Shown: positions 12,323 through 25,286, numbered from the stretch's first letter. The stretch: 64,000 nt of DNA from Heterodontus francisci (GCF_036365525.1 NC_090392.1:58033247-58097246), one strand, 5' to 3'. The notes: a model not told the origin generated them from the sequence alone. Program-made: numbers and translations.

Positions 12323-13149
12323 GGACCAAACCAGAATCATTCTTTCTTGCCTATTTTCTCCCCTCTTTCTCTAAATGCAGTTTGTTGCCAGAATGTTTTA
12401 GCATGTGCCCACATAGCCTTTCCATAAGAGTGAGCAAACACTGTATGTTAATGGACTGATTTAGTGCACGGAATATTACAAGGGAGTGCCACAATCAGAA
12501 ACCATCAGAAACCTAACAATGCTATGTTACAGTTATACACAAGGTGGAGCACTGGTAATTAACACAGCGACAGTGACGACAGTGCAATTAGGTTGCAATT
12601 ATATTGTGATGTGCCATTAGAAAGCAGTTTCAGACATACATTGATCTTAATGTGCCAGTGTAAGGAAGGGGTCAGCTCACAATCCGACCCCAGAGTACAC
12701 TAAAGGCAAGATGTGAAAGTCTGATCAAAAAAAGCATCTCACACGCTTTGAGTTCACAGACTGCAATGCTGAGAAGCCACATTTTAAAAGTGCGATGTTA
12801 TCCATTAGACCGTGTGAAAACTTTGAATGGAGCCTTTTTAGTGTTATGAGGAAATCAGTATTTCCAAGCCACCCCTGATAACAGCCAAAATTAACCACCA
12901 GTGACTGGGGGCTCTAAGCAAGCATTGAAAATGTTATTAAGAGCCCAAGGGATGCATCAAGGTGCACACTCCAATCTGCAGGTCGCCAATAACCCCAGAT
13001 CCTGGCCTGAAACTGTTATCTACAGGATCAATGCAATCTTCATTCTTGGGCACAAGAATGGTTGGGAGGAGGTGGGAGGGGCGGTGGTATCTGTAGCCTA
13101 AGCAAGGGGGAAAAGCACACATTCTTAAGACCAGTTTAACTGATGCAGT

Positions 13150-13650
13150 TCTAGGAAGTGAGCGATTTGTTTTGTAAAAGTGTTTGCAGGTAGAAAATAG
13201 CAACTGTATTCACGGGATGGATAATGATTTGAATCAATGTAACCGTGGTTGTAAATCTTTCAACATCCCCACAGTAGTGGAGTGATACAAGAGGCGTTGA
13301 AATCATTCCAAGGAGCATTTAGTACCCTGGGTCAGCTTTTATGGAGCAGGATTCAGTTGTATTTGAGCCAGACTCTCAGGTATTAACTTCCTTTACACAG
13401 ATCCTCGTCATCTGGTAGAACCGTTACTTAGAGAGAAAAAAAATATATTCGCTTCCCACGTAACTTCCTTCCTTACTGTGCCAAAAGCCATGGCATTTCA
13501 CAGTTTCTGCCGGTTTCGGGGTGAAATGCAGGTTATTTAACGGGTGGTGCATCCGCACTGATGTCTCAAACACGCCGAGAACAATATTGTAACTGGTTCC
13601 AGGTCTCGAGTTGAATAAGCTTTAGAAACACTGTTCAGAAACAGTGAAAG
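13150..13650 (+). promoter_or_regulatory. Candidate TATA-less promoter region of the IgSF gene with Ets/PU.1-like sites
   Basis: Repeat-poor stretch upstream of the leader ATG. AGGAAGTG at ~13153 and ACTTCC(T) motifs at ~13386 and ~13463. Motif-level evidence only. Confidence 0.3.
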
Positions 13651-13699
13651 ATGCAACTCCTGCTGAAGCTGCTTTTGATTTTACAAACCGGAGTTCAAG
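13651..13699 (+). CDS. IgSF receptor exon 1: signal peptide MQLLLKLLLILQTGVQ(G)
   Basis: AAGATG start, hydrophobic core, consensus donor AG|GTAAGT, phase 1, in frame with the next exon. Confidence 0.85.
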
Positions 13700-14366
13700 G
13701 TAAGTTACTCTGATCAGAATTATGTAACAACTTGGTGCTGGGATGTGCATTTAGAAGCATTCAATATTCTTTTAGAATAGTTCAGCATTATATAGATGTA
13801 GAACTGCAGAGAGAGAGAGTCAAAGTGACAACCATACATTTTGATCAAGATTTCTGTTCAAAGCCCCACATCACAGTGATTGGGTTAAGCCTCCACTGTA
13901 CTACTAATATTTAGGCTGAGATAATGTTTTGCATTATTAATTGTGAATCCTCACACTGTGATAAGAGCTAGATTATTTAAAATTGTGTAGATCTTGAGTA
14001 AAAGTGGGTCATTCATTGAACAGTGTTCAAGAGTATAGCAGCTATTGCACAGAACTGGAAGCAAAGATCTCCCATAGATTATTATGGTGACATCCTGAGC
14101 AGTCTGTGACAGTTTGTGTAAAATAAAACAAATTCAAAACAGGAAGAAGCTATTACTGCAGAATACCAGGTTTCAAACTGTTGCATAGTTTAGAATTAAA
14201 TCTGTGAAAATACAAGTACTTTAACAGTTTTTAAACATTAGATCCGATTGGGAGGATATCTCAAATTCCACATTGTTTAAATTGAGTTTTTGATCTTTCT
14301 CATTTAAGTTGAAAGAACTATTAACTGAAACCAAAATGAAAATGACAAACTTATTTATTCCATCAG

Positions 14367-14714
14367 GTGGCCCGTGGATTGGGGAGATAACCCAGCCGCA
14401 GCTGGTCAGTGTTTTGAAAGGAGCATCAGTCAAAATAAACTGTACATTTATTTATAATGGATCTGCTGATCACTGGGTCCATGCAGTCTGGTACTGGAGA
14501 TCTCCAGGGCTCCCTGATACTCGCTATGAAACGAAGAACCTGTCCTGTACTCCTGACATTCCACCAGGCGGTTTTAGCCGCTGTGTTGTTTCACTGATGA
14601 TCGAAGATGTTTCTTTTGATCACTCTGATAATAATTATACCTGTGCAGTGAATGTACCAACAGTCTATCCGCCGTTAGAGAGAAAAGGACCAGGTACACG
14701 GATACAAATATACG
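14367..14714 (+). CDS. IgSF receptor exon 2: V-set domain with germline J-like strand (KGPGTRIQI)
   Basis: Acceptor TTATTTATTCCATCAG and donor G|GTAAAA, phase 1/1, 348 nt. ITQP...GASVKINC...WYW...SLMIEDV...YTC...GPGT. Confidence 0.92.
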
Positions 14715-14814
14715 GTAAAATGTTTGCCTATCTTGTAATAAGTAGAAAGACATTGATGTTCTATAGATTTATAGTATTGTGTATTAATTATGGATGCAAC
14801 AACATTTGCACCAA

Positions 14815-16016
14815 CACAAACACAGAAAATGCTGGAAATGCTGGAAGTATTCAGCCTGGAGCTCGGTGACCAGTGGTGTTTCGCAGGGATCTGTTCTGGG
14901 ACCTCTGCTCTTTGTGATTTTTATGAATGACTTGGATGAGGAAGTGGAAGGCTGGGTTAGCAAGTTTGAAAATGACACGAAGATTGCTGGAGTTGTGGAT
15001 AGTGCGGAAGGCTGTTGTAGGTTGCAACGGGACATTGACAGGATGCAGAGCTGGGCTGAGAAGTAGCAGATGGAGTTCAACCTGGAAAAGTGTGAAGTGA
15101 TTCTTTTGGAAGATCGAATTTGAATGCAGAATACAGGCTTAAAGACAGGATTCTTGGTAGTGTGGAGGAACAGAGGGATCTTGGGGTCCATGTCCATAGA
15201 TCGCTCAAAGTTGCCACCCAAGTTGATAGGGTTGTTAAGAAGGCATATGGTGTGTTGGCTTTCATTAACAGGGGGATTGAGTTTAAGAGCCGCGAGGTTA
15301 TGCTGCAGCTCTATAAAGCCCTGGTTAGACCACACTTGGAATATTGTGTTCAGTTCTGGTTGCCTCATTATAGGAAGGATGTGGACGCTTTAGAGAGGGT
15401 GCAGAGGAGATTTACCAGGATGCCGCCTGGACTGGAGGGCATGTCTTACGAAGAAAGGTTGAGGGAGCTAGGGCTTTTCTCATTGGAGCGAAGAAGGATG
15501 AGAGGTGATTTGATAGAGGGGTACAAGATGATGAGAGGCATAGATAGAGTGGATAGCCAGAGACTTTTTCCCAGGGCGGAAAGGGCTATCACCAGGGGGC
15601 ATAATTTTAAGGTGATTGGAGGAAGGTTTCGGGGAGATGTCAGAGGTAGGTTCTTTACACAGAGAGTGGTGGGTGCGTGGAATGCACTGCCAGCGGTGGT
15701 AGTAGAAGCAGATACATTAGGGACATTTAAGCGACTCTTGGATAGGTACATGGATGATAGTAGAATGAAGGGTATGTAGGTAGTTTGATCTTAGAGTAGG
15801 TTAAAGGTTCGGCACAACATTGTGGGCCGAAGGGCCTGTACTGTGCTGTACTGTTCTATGTTCTATATGTTCTACTCAGCATGTCAGGCAGCATCTTTGG
15901 AGAGAAAAACAGAGTTAGCGTTTCAGGCCTGTGTGATTTCATCAGAACTGATCAGTATTTGCAGCATTTTCTGTTTTTGTTTCAGGTTTTCAGCATCCGT
16001 AATGTTTTGCTTTTAT
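14815..16016. mobile_element. Penelope-like (PLE) inverted fragment, interrupted by a CR1
   Basis: PLE terminal sequence on both strands, a degenerate hammerhead motif at ~15912-15950 (-), and a perfect 14-bp TSD AACATTTGCACCAA at 14801-14814 and 16017-16030. Confidence 0.75.
14843..15872 (+). mobile_element. CR1 (HER1-type) LINE 3' fragment
   Basis: [14 protein letters not shown]...DTKIAG; ORF 15120-15779 LYKALVRPHLEYCVQFW...FFTQRVVGAWNALP; tail GGGCCGAAGGGCCTG...TTCTATGTTCTAT. Confidence 0.92.
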
Positions 16017-17129
16017 AACATTTGCACCAAACCATTTATGGAATCATACACTATTAACAAGCATGCACAATGTAGAACCAGGTTATTCAGGTATTGCTAT
16101 CTAGAAGAATGCAAGAGGTAAACCAGTGCTCATGTTTTGAATGATGTTCTCTGAACATGGTTTGTGATGACTTGTGCTGTAGAGTCAATGGTACGTATGA
16201 AGGCCATCACTGAAAGGCATTCTGTATCTCTTCCACTTTCATTGTCTATTCTATTCATACCACAAGCCAGTTTTACAATTGTTAAGACATGTCTAGTTAA
16301 GAAGACTGGGTTAGTTATAGTTTTAGACTTGCTTATCTTACCTCCATGTTCAGTTACATTTCCGAGATTTTGTCCTCTAAAGCCTTGCAGTTCCATTATT
16401 CCAGTACATGACCAATAATATAAAATCAATAATCCAATCAAATAAAAAGACTGCAAATGTTGAAAATACACTGCATGTGAGTCAGTATCTGTAAAGAGAA
16501 GAACTAGGTTAATGTTTTGGTTCAAACGCTTAATCAAAATCAAGTCATATAATCAACAAGCTACAATGAAAATGGACAAATGTGTGATAAATAGCAAGTT
16601 GTAAAGAAATATCCAACAGGAGATTCCAAATATGAGACTTGTCATGTAAAGAGTACAGCTTCAGGCTTAGGGGACATGCCAGGAATCGCAAGCTGTTCGC
16701 AGTGCCTACTGACATCATAAAATACTGATCCTGATACAGAAGGAGTGTTACACTAATGAATAATAATTAATGAATGCTGTCAAGCTGATTTATTGCATTA
16801 CATATACAGATGGAAAACTCATTTCTCAGAGAAAGTAATGAATTTTAGCTGCATTGGCAATAAGCCAATGCAGTTGTTCAAAAGAGCAGTGTTAGCAGTG
16901 TTGATGACAAATTGTCGTTATACATAGATTTCTATAATTATTTTGGCTAATTATTTCCTTTTGAGTTTCGTACCTCGCAGTGTATTATTTGGGTTATGTG
17001 TCATTTTCTATTAGTTCTCCATTGACTGTCCAAGAGAACATTTTATTTTATTGGTTACATTATTCATGTCTGTCGCATATAAAAGGGTAGATTTTCCACG
17101 TCCTTGCCTATCGTGAGGTATTCTGTACA

Positions 17130-17838
17130 ATGCGTATCTGAGTTCACACCAAATTCCATATACCCATCATCCTTGTGCTTGCTGACAAACATTGGTTCCC
17201 AGTTCATCAATGTCGTGAATTCAAAATTTTTATACTTTTCTTTAAATCCATCCATGCCCTCACCCCTTTCCAACTCTGTAACCTACTCCAGCCCAACAAC
17301 ACTCCGAGAACTCTGCATTCTTTCAATTCTGACCTATTGTGCATCCCTGAGTTGCTTTGTCTCACCATTGGAAGCTGTGTTTTTAGCTTTCTAGGATCTA
17401 AGTTCTGGATCTACAAGATGCACTGCAGCAACACTCCAAAGCTCCTTCAACAGCATCTTCCAAAACCATAACCTCTACCACTTAGAACAACAAGGGTGGC
17501 AGATGCATGGGAACACCACCACATGCAAGTTTCTCTGTAAGCCATACACCATCCTGACTTGGAACTATATCAGCGTTCTTCACTGTAGCTGGGCAAAATT
17601 CCTGGAACTCCCTCCCGACCAGCACTGTGGATGTACCTATACCACATGGGCTGCAGCAATTCAAGAAGATGACTCACCACCATCTCAAAGGGTTATTAGG
17701 GAGTGGAAATAAATGCTGGCCTTGCCAGTGACACTTACATCCCATGAATGAATAAAAATATCCTCCCTAAATTTCTCCAACTCTCCTCTTTTGAAAAACT
17801 TCTCAAAACATGCCTCTTTGACCAAGCCTTTGGTCACC
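17130..17838 (+). mobile_element. L2 3' fragment interrupted by another LINE 3' end (17410-17757)
   Basis: L2-type HWFPV...FKI...YNPxRTL (ORF 17175). The insert ends in CCCATGAATGAATAAAA. Confidence 0.55.
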
Positions 17839-17867
17839 TGATGATACAAGGCTAGGTGGCAATGTAA

Positions 17868-18369
17868 TAAAAACAAGAAATGCTGGAAATACTTAGCAGG
17901 TCTGGCAATATCTGTGGAGAGAGAAGCAGAGCTAACGTTTCAGGTCAGTGACCCTTCATCAGAACTGGCAAATATTAGAAATGTAAAAGGTTTTAAGCAA
18001 GTAAAGTGGGGGTGGGGCAAGAGATAACCAAAGAGAAGATGTTGATAGGACAAGGTCACAGAGAATAACTGACCAGAAGGTCATGGAACAAAGGCTAATG
18101 GTATGTTTGCTCCGTGACCTTTTGGTCAGTTATTCTCAGTGACCTTGTCCTAGCAACACCTTCTCTTTGGTTATTTCTTGCCCCAACCCCGCTTTACTTG
18201 CTTAAAACCTTTTACATTTCTAATATTTGCCAGTTCTGATGAAGGATCACGGACCTGAAACGTTAACTCTGCTTCTCTCTCCACAGATATTGCCAGACCT
18301 GCTGAGTATTTCGAGCATTTCTTGTTTTTATTTCAGATTTCCAGCATCTGCAGTATTTTGCTTTTATTT
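17868..18369. mobile_element. Palindromic Penelope-like element insertion (arms ~17866-18092 and 18106-18332)
   Basis: Long imperfect inverted repeat with a 13-nt spacer and a hammerhead motif on each arm. 15-bp TSD TAGGTGG(C/G)AATGTAA at 17853-17867 and 18370-18384. Confidence 0.85.
18232..18268 (+). ncRNA. Minimal type I hammerhead ribozyme motif (PLE-associated); mirror copy at ~17930-17966 (-)
   Basis: AGTT-CTGATGA-AGGATCACGGACCT-GAAAC-GTT-AACT: conserved core, stem I AGTT/AACT, palindromic AACGTT stem III. Confidence 0.7.
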
Positions 18370-20077
18370 TAGGTGGGAATGTAAGCTGTGAGGAGGACAC
18401 AAAGATGCTGTAAAGAGATATGAACAGGTTAAGTGAGTGGACAACAAGGTGTCAGATGGAGTATAATGTGGAGAAGTTGAGGTTATTCGCTTTGGTAATA
18501 ATGAGAAAAGCAGAATTTTTTTAAAGACATGAGATTTGTAAATGTTGATGTTTGGAAGGACTTGGGTGTACTCATACAAGGAACACAGAAAGTTACCATG
18601 CAGGTACAGCAAGCAATTAGGAAGGCAAATGACATTTATTGCAACTGGATTAGAGTACAAGAATAAGGAAGTCTCCCTACAATTGTACAGGGCTTTGGTG
18701 ACACCACACCTGGATTACTATGCACAGTTTTGGTCTCCATATTTAAGGAAGGATATACTTGCATTGGAGGCAGTACAGCGAAGGGTCACTCGATTAGTTC
18801 CTAGGATGAGAGGGTTGTCCTTTGACGAGAGGCTGAGTAAATTGGGTTTATACTCTCTGGTGTTTAGAACAATTAGAGGTGATGCTAGATACAGGACTTT
18901 TATTTCAATTATTGATAGGTAACAGCTGAAGAATCTATATATTATATATTAATGCATGCTTTCCTAGCTGAAAAGAGATTCAAGTGAGTTCAGCTCTTGT
19001 AATCACAGGAACTAAGGGAAAAAGAGCATAAATTCACACACGTGTTTATGAAGTTGATCTCCATCGAATAAGGTTGGTATTGAAAGAAAATATTCAACAG
19101 ATGATTTAACCATTCATAAATATTTTGAATCAATAAATGCTCTCTCCAGCTTTAAAATGCAAGATGCCAAACAATTTTATGTATATGTAACAAGCGTATT
19201 ATATTCAGTTTATGTCAAAACAAACTTGGTGAGTGCTACTGAATTTCCAGTCATGTCATCAAAATTGAATGCTGTGAAAAGATGAGTGGAAAGAATTTTT
19301 CAAAGCCAAGTAGCATTGACGGGGCCCTTGCTGCAGCAAATGGTTTATTGGAAAATTGCAAATGATTTTCTCTCCATTTCCACTAATGAGTGGAAACCAG
19401 TGTCAGTGTACTGCAGTTTTCCGATAAGCCTCCTGCTGTGTTACGCTCTGCCTTTTGCACAAGGCTTTGGGAATTCCTGGGCACCTGTTGTTGCTAATGT
19501 CACTGGAGCAGAACTACAAGATGTCACATTAGGGAAATTTAACACAAATTACTGTTCCCAGGCCAAGTATGAAGTATGTAACATAAGGTGACAGAAATAT
19601 ATCATCTGCAGTACTCAAAGTACCTTATATAGACTTGGCTTCTCTTGAAATTTGTCACAGAGAAGAATTTTAATGTAGACTGATGAACATATACTCATTT
19701 AAGACAAGCTTCTGCTACCACTAATCCACCATCAAATTGTCTTAATGTGACATTCGTGTAACCCAGTAGGTAAAGTAGAGCATAGGACTATGGTATGTGA
19801 GTTACTCTGATTAGATGATTGATATTGAGAAATCCCAGTATAAGATCCTGATCGAGCAGTGATCTAGAGTGACATTAGTGTAATTCTCTAATATATATTT
19901 TATTTTTGATTCAATCTAGGGAAAAGGCTACTTTAACTAACGATGTGTCTCTATTTTACCAAAATAACCGGCACTGTGTGAAAGTACAGCAAAGTATTTT
20001 TATATATAGAATTAACTATTCATTCAACTATAAGTGATTTTACATTATGACACTCAGTACATTTTCAGAATGTATTC

Positions 20078-20180
20078 ATCAGATGAAAGGTCACACAGAC
20101 CTGAAATGTTAACTGCGTTTTTCTCTCCAAGGGCGCTGCCTGACCTGCTGAGTATTTCCAGCATTTTCTGTTGTCGTTTG
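20078..20180 (+). mobile_element. PLE terminal fragment with mutated hammerhead core
   Basis: CAGATGAAAGGTCACACAGACCTGAAATGTTAACTG...CCTGCTGAGTATTTCCAGCATTTTCTG. Confidence 0.65.
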
Positions 20181-20256
20181 TGATGTTAATAAATCTTATT
20201 CACAGAGAAGGATAAAGTCTTTATAGTTCCATATATTATGTTTTGTCCTCTCTTAG

Positions 20257-20559
20257 AACTTCCCGAAGTTTCCACTGTGGATGGTGCTTTAGTTGCCGGA
20301 CGTCAGTACAACCTGACCTGCTCTGCCAAAGGGTGGTACTCTGCAAATATTTCCTTTACTTGGGCATGCCATGGAATAAACAGCTCGACAAACATTACTA
20401 CACTGACCTCAAAAAGAACTGTTAATGGTACACCTGTTGCCACCAGCCAGCTTGAGATCATTCCTAAAGTGACAGACCATGGAGCTATTTGTAGATGTCA
20501 GATTAGTCATGTGACTTTCAGACAGCCAGTATTAAATCAGATCAAACTAGATGTTATGT
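20257..20559 (+). CDS. IgSF receptor exon 3: C1-like (C1/C2 hybrid) domain
   Basis: Acceptor TTTTGTCCTCTCTTAG and donor T|GTAAGT, phase 1/1, 303 nt. LTCSAKGWYSANISFTW...NGT...SQLEIIP...DHG...CQISH...LDV. Confidence 0.92.
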
Positions 20560-21199
20560 GTAAGTATGATCTTTAGAATTTTAAATACTTAGTATTATTC
20601 TCTGTAATGGTAAAGATTCTGACTTTAACATTTGACCATCTCTTATTGTTCCTATTCCGTGTTTACAACCAGCACATATGCACCCTTATCTGTGCCATGC
20701 CTATGCAATCTGAATTTCTCTGTGTCCATTTTGGTTGATATGCCAGACCTGATCCCATTACTTCTATCTCCCTTTTTCTTTCTCTTTTCTTTACCCATCT
20801 TGGGCCCTTCTCTCCTGTCTTCCTTCCTGTTATTCAGTCACACCTCCTTTCATTTTTCCCCTCTCGGGTACTTTATTCAACCGAATCCCCTATTACTTTA
20901 TCTTCCTACTCTCCAGCTGCTCTTACCAAGCTTGAGTCTATCTTAGACAAACCGACAGCTTCTCGCTCTCTGCCTCTTCCAACAATCTCTGGAGGGCACA
21001 TCGAGACATGTCATTGCCTCCACATGAGCAGCAAACCCAATTACCCTATCCTGTTTTCTTTGCCTATATTTGCACCCAATCCATTGCTGAGGGCTAATGC
21101 TACTAACTTGCTTCCTGTCCTGCTCACTCTCCTTCCGCTGACCTGGTGGACTGTGCCAGCAGATCAATAATCCTCTCCCTCCAAAATATATTTTCATTT

Positions 21200-23750
21200 G
21201 TGAACAAGGCCCTTGCTGTACATGATCCTATTGTGGGTGATTGCTTAGTTTAGTTATACAGCACTGAAACAGGTCCTTCGGCCCACCGAGTCTGTGCGGA
21301 CCATCAACCACCCATTTATACTAATCCTACACTAATCCCATATTCCTACCAAACATCCCCACCTGTCCTTATATTTCCCTACCACCTACCTATACTAGGG
21401 GCAATTTATAATGGCCAATTTACCTACCAACCTGCAAGTCTTTTGGCTTGTGGGAGGAAACTGGAGCACCCGGAGAAAACCCACGCAGACACAGGGAGAA
21501 CTTGCAAACTCCACACAGGCAGTACCCAGAATTGAACCCGGGTCACTGGAGCTGTGAGGCTGCAGTGCTAACCACTGCGCCACTGTGCCGCCTTGACTTG
21601 ATGGCCTTGATGGAAACTTGGGTAACACCTTGCCCATTACTGAAACCTGTTCACCTGGCTATGCCTTCCACCACCTGCCACAATCGCAATGTGGCCCTTA
21701 TCACCAAATCTCACTTAGGTCTGTCCACTTACATCTCTGGCACCTTTTGCCGCATCATCTTATTCTACTTCTCTTGTCTCTCCTTTAAAATCTTAATGCT
21801 GTACCACCCATCAAAGCCCCACTCCATTCCTCCTTCAGCTTTTGCACCAAGCTGATTCTCATCCTTGATGATTTCAATCTTCATCTCAATAACCCACCTT
21901 GATCTCTTAGTTCACTATTCTCCTGTCTTCCCTTAACCTCTCCTATCCATATTCACAGCTACCAGCTCAACCTTGCCATATCATGTGGCCTCACTATTCC
22001 CGCCATCTTATTCACAGACCAGGTCATTTCTGATCACTTCCTAGTATCCCTCACCACTCACATGCTCCTTCTACTTCCAACCCCTCTTCCTTTGGTGTCT
22101 ATTTTTTGAAAATAACTTCCCTCTAAGGCATTTCAATGGCACTTTTAAACTCCCAACTATCTATCCTTTGGCCCTCCATTCGTCACAGTGCTTCTGGAGT
22201 TATAGATCTGTTCAATCACATCCTCAGCTATGTCATAGATGCCATTCTGCCAGTACTCTCTCCCATCTTAGTTGTTCCTCCTGGTACAGTGCCTATCTTC
22301 ACTGCTTTAACTCCGAGGCACACTCACAGACGCACAACTGATTTAGCTATGCATTGCCAAATCTCACATCATCACCCCCTCCTCAAAAAACCCATCCATG
22401 TCTTTGCAACTTACTATCCCCATCTCCAACCTCCCTTTCCTCACCAAAGCCTTAGAACATGTTGCTTCCCACATCTATGCCCATCTTTCCAACAATTCCA
22501 TGTTTGACCCTGTCCAAATGCATTTCCACTCCTGCCAGAGCACTGAAACAGGCCATATCAAAGTCAGAAATGACATCCACTGTGACTGTGATGCACAATG
22601 CCTCCTCATTCTCCACAACCTCACTGTGACCTGTGACATGGTCAACCACATCATATTCCACAAAGCCTCTCCTCTGTTAACCAATTGAATTAGACTGCCC
22701 TTACCTTTTCCCACTCTTACCTACTCTACACAATCATGTTTAGGGTTCTCATGGATCTACCCTTGAACCCCTCCTATCTTTCATCTACATGCTGCTCACT
22801 ACTGACATCATCCAAAGAAATAGGTTCCATGTGTGCACAACAACACCCAGCGTTACTTTACCACCTATCACATTACCCCTTCATTACATTTTTGTTGTCA
22901 GACTAACCTGTCCGTGATCCAGTTCTGGAAGAGCTGCAACTTCCTCCAGTTAAATATCTGAAAGACTGATGCCATTCTCTTTGTCCCCATCACCCACCAC
23001 ACACCCATCAAAAACTCTGTTCCTTTTCCACCAATTCTATCCCCGTCCCTGGTCACTGTCTCAGGCTGCAGCAGATATTTTGTATCCTGGTGTTCTATTT
23101 GATGCTGAGCTGAGCTTCCAACCCTATAACCTCTCTATCTCCAGCTTCATAATATCACCTGTATCTGCCTTTGTCTCAACTCATCTGTTGCTGAAACCCT
23201 CAGTCTTTTGTTCCTTCCAGACTTGACTATTCAAACGCTATTTTGACCAGCTTCCCATTTTTTGTCCCTTCATTAACTTGAGAACATCCAAAACTCTGTC
23301 ACATGTATTCGAACTCATGCTTACTACCGCTCTCCCATCACCCCTCTGCTCAGCAACCTACATTGGCTCCCAGTCCACCAACACCTCAATTTTAAAATTC
23401 ACATCCTCATGTTCAAATGACTCCATAGCCTTGCTCCTTGTAAATGTTTTTCAGCCCTACAACCCTCCAAGAACTCTACATTTCTACAATTCTGGCCTTG
23501 TACATCCCCCACTTCCTTCGCACCACTGTTGGTGGCTGTGCCTTCAGTGTTCTAAGTCCTAAGCTCTGGAATTCCCTCCCTAAACTTCTCTGCCCCTCTC
23601 TCTCTCCTTCTTTAAGGCAATCCTTAAAACCTTTCAGTTGCACTTCCTAATATTTTCTTCTTTGGCTCGGTGTCTGTGTTTGGCTGATTATACTCCTGTA
23701 AAGCACCTTAGAATGTTTTCCTGTCAGAAATGCCCTATCTAAAGACAAGT
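21200..23750 (+). mobile_element. Decayed L2-clade LINE (endonuclease, RT and 3' fragments)
   Basis: LMALMETW, DDFNLHLN, PISNLPFLTKALEHV, QPYNPPRTL, AFSVLSPKLWNSLP. Pyrimidine-rich with many indels. Confidence 0.7.
21245..21592 (-). mobile_element. HE1-type SINE inserted in L2
   Basis: Near-identical to 6279-6638. Confidence 0.9.
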
Positions 23751-23835
23751 TCTTGTCAACTAGCTAGACTGTATCTAGATATGTGTTAATTATATTATTT
23801 TGATGTAAAATTAAGTGTATATTATCTACTATTAG

Positions 23836-24144
23836 ATGGGCCACAAGATCCCATAATAATGTACAGATTGAACAACAGAAACGATTACCATCCTGGGACC
23901 AGTAGCTCCATTCTCGTCCCTACTGACTCATTCCTGGAACTGAGATGCTCTGTGGATAGTAACCCAGCCTCCACTGTGATCTGGGTGAAAGACACTGAGA
24001 TGTTACAATTACCAGCTGGATCAAATAGTTCAAAAGTAGAGTTCAGAAATTTCCAGTCTGAAGACAGCGGAGTCTATTGGTGTATTGCAAACAACATGTA
24101 TGGCTGGAGAAACGCAAGTGTTTGCATAAAACCTGAGAAGGAAG
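23836..24144 (+). CDS. IgSF receptor exon 4: C2-set domain (Siglec/CD22-like)
   Basis: Acceptor CTACTATTAG and donor G|GTAAAT, phase 1/1, 309 nt. The junction gives LDVMYGP; LELRCSVDSNP...W.K...EDSGVYWCIANNMYG. Confidence 0.92.
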
Positions 24145-24216
24145 GTAAATAAACATCGAGTTCTCAATGTCTGTTGCAGAAGAACTACTTTTAGAAAATG
24201 GGAGCACAGATTAATT

Positions 24217-24811
24217 GGGCTGGATTTTACCAGCCCCCTGATGTTGGGGGTTGTGGTGGGGGTGCCTGTAAAACCTGCCATGGGCCTTGACGCTGGGAAG
24301 GCCTGGTCCCATATTACTGACCTTGGCGAGGCTTCGTCGTAGGCCCGCCACTCAACAATGGAACCTCAATTTAAATAATTAAATACATGGTAATTAATGC
24401 ATAATCACTTACCTTGTACTGACAGCCATCCCACACAGATATTCTGGCCGGTTGCCAGACCTCCATTGCTTTTGGGTCTCCGTTCGTGATCCGAGGTGGA
24501 ACACTGGTGGGGAGGGGGAAACGGTTGGGAGAGGTGATTCAAAGTGCTATTAAAATTTTATTTTTCCTTTTTGTAGACCGGAACCTTTAAAAATTTAAAT
24601 GGCCCTGAAAGGCTTGAAGCCCTTTAAAAATGGCGCCTGTGCGGTGTCATTGGACACTGTTGCTGGGGACAGAGCGCCTGCCCCCTCTACGTCATTGGGG
24701 GCGGGCATTCCGCCCCCTCCATGTAAATGAGCTGCCGTGCTAGATATCTCAGTGGCTCAGCGGCGCACATCTCTCACGTGCGCTGCACCATTTTTGAAAC
24801 TAATTCAGCCC
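24217..24811. mobile_element. PIF/Harbinger-like MITE
   Basis: TIRs GGGCTGGATTTT / TAATTCAGCCC flanked by ATT/ATT. Confidence 0.65.
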
Positions 24812-25286
24812 ATTGTGTAGCATCTTCTTTCTTGGTCTCAGAATTTGTAGGTTTGTAATATTTGTTCTACTTTCAACTACACTTGTATAGTAAATAACAC
24901 ATCTCATTCCCAAGACATTATCAATGGCTAGCAACTTACAGATTAAAGCATTTTGGTCCATGATTGACACCACTTGTTTTTAGCCATAACACTGGTACTT
25001 TGCTTTTGCACAGTGCTTTTTAATGTTGGGCAAAGTAAATGGAAAATTAACATGCTGCAATTTTATCCATTAACTGCATTGCACATCAGGCACCAAACTT
25101 GCTTTGGAATCTGAAGACAATGGTTCTGCGGTTGTCAAAGAAAAATTAAAAAATTGCATTGATATAATATTTTTTCATGTCTAACAAAAATATCTGCAAG
25201 TGTTTGATACACAGTAAATTGTGTTTAGATGTTGTGACTGTTGTCATTACTTTTGATTTCATTATTATTTATTACTTCTTTCACAG

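Larger units (their letters stand above)
17839..18885 (+). mobile_element. CR1 LINE fragment hosting the PLE palindrome
   Basis: DDTRLGG before the insert, continuing after it. ORF 18542 LYRALVTPHLDYYAQFWSPYLRKD. Confidence 0.8.

Noticed and set aside
13872-13960. CACAGTG / CACTGTG heptamers in intron 1 as V(D)J recombination signals
   Set aside because: No ACAAAAACC-like nonamer at a 12- or 23-bp spacing, not adjacent to the V coding end, and the V and J-like strands are already one exon.
14367-24144. Calling the gene a true Siglec/CD22, TCR or IgNAR
   Set aside because: The V domain lacks the Siglec F-strand Arg and cysteine pattern, and there is no RSS or charged TM residue, so no gene symbol was assigned.
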